Below are positions 58,104-58,698 of a stretch of 58,698 bases of DNA, one piece after another. Below the pieces are notes generated by a model, which saw nothing but the letters and a program-made list of their open reading frames with translations, made no database searches and was not told the DNA's origin. Position numbers and translations under genes: made by a program. Source of the stretch: a virus (taxonomy: Duplodnaviria; Caudoviricetes); the IMG/VR virus record IMGVR_UViG_3300029827_000002, positions 1 to 58,698 of that record; one strand, given 5' to 3'. Positions within the stretch are counted from its first letter, which is position 1. Every line of letters begins with the position of its first letter.

Positions 58104-58465
58104 ATAATGATCAATTAAAGAGAGAATTCAAAAAGAATTTAAAAATTTTAAAACTATGGAGAATGGGGAATAAAAAAATGTTAGATTATAATTTTTGTGA
58201 TAAATGTAAAGAAAGTAAAATTGATGATGTTTGCGATATAAGAGAATTCGCAAATGATGACGAAATATATATATGTAATGAATGTATTCAAAAAATGATT
58301 GAAAATAAAGAAATTATTGTAAATAATGATATTTTAAATAATGAGTTATTCTCATTTACTAAGAAGGGAATAGAAATTAAAATAAAAGAAATTCAAAAAG
58401 AGCTTGAAATCTTAATTAATTATGAAAATAGATACCTTAGAGAACTAAAAGAAATGGAGAAATAA
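58100..58465 (+). CDS. Zn-finger hypothetical protein
   Basis: FCDKC...ICNEC. Confidence 0.6.
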   Translation: MNNDQLKREFKKNLKILKLWRMGNKKMLDYNFCDKCKESKIDDVCDIREFANDDEIYICNECIQKMIENKEIIVNNDILNNELFSFTKKGIEIKIKEIQKELEILINYENRYLRELKEMEK

Positions 58466-58469
58466 AACA

Positions 58470-58698
58470 ATGAAAAAAAGAATAAAATGCACATATTGTC
58501 ATAGAGTCCATATAACAAATAAATCAGGATTGTGTTCAGATTGCCAAAAAGAAATTAAAGAAAAACAATTTCTAGAAACAAGGATCATGTCAAATAGATT
58601 TTTAAAACTTGAATGGATCGTTTTTGAATTCAATTGGGATAAAAAGAACACTAAGCATTTTTTACAGTTTTCGGAAATGAATCATATAAGACAAGATG
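58470..58698 (+). CDS. 5' part of the junction-spanning Zn-finger protein
   Basis: Open frame to the window end; continues to the stop at 212. Confidence 0.7.
   Translation, partial: MKKRIKCTYCHRVHITNKSGLCSDCQKEIKEKQFLETRIMSNRFLKLEWIVFEFNWDKKNTKHFLQFSEMNHIRQD
58666..58698. repeat. Terminal direct repeat, right copy
   Basis: Matches 1-33 with one mismatch. Confidence 0.95.

Noticed and set aside
1-58698. Alternative genetic code, tRNA genes, diversity-generating retroelement, introns/inteins
   Set aside because: Genes are intact and tightly packed under the standard code. No cloverleaf, reverse transcriptase motif or interrupted core gene was seen by eye; a tRNAscan/HMM run would be needed to exclude them fully.

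Overview
Essentially complete, circularly permuted genome (~58.67 kb, very AT-rich, standard code) of a tailed siphovirus-type phage. The sigma-A promoters and GGAGG RBSs point to a low-GC Bacillota host, probably clostridial (inference). The first 33 and last 33 bases overlap and one ORF reads across the junction. The minus strand carries an A118/SPP1-like virion module: terS, terL, portal, minor capsid, scaffold, capsid, connectors, tail tube, frameshifted chaperones, tape measure and tail tip. Between minor capsid and scaffold this module is split by ~14.5 kb. That block contains a nonulosonic (pseudaminic-acid-type) sugar pathway (PseB, PseC, NeuB/PseI, PseF, PseH, formyltransferase, PIG-L deacetylase), a GT29 sialyltransferase-like enzyme, a CDP-polyol pathway (IspD/TarI + SDR) and a TagF-like transferase, plus a Tad1-like anti-defence fusion and primase/Gam genes. 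A ParB-domain protein and a GREB1/TAGT-like glycosyltransferase precede the terminase. No integrase is recognisable. Instead there are a SaPI-like iteron origin with helicase, an FtsK/TraB-like module, several ribbon-helix-helix proteins and a second dense repeat array (TAGCAA), suggesting a phage-plasmid lifestyle. All calls come from reading motifs by eye; no database searches were run.
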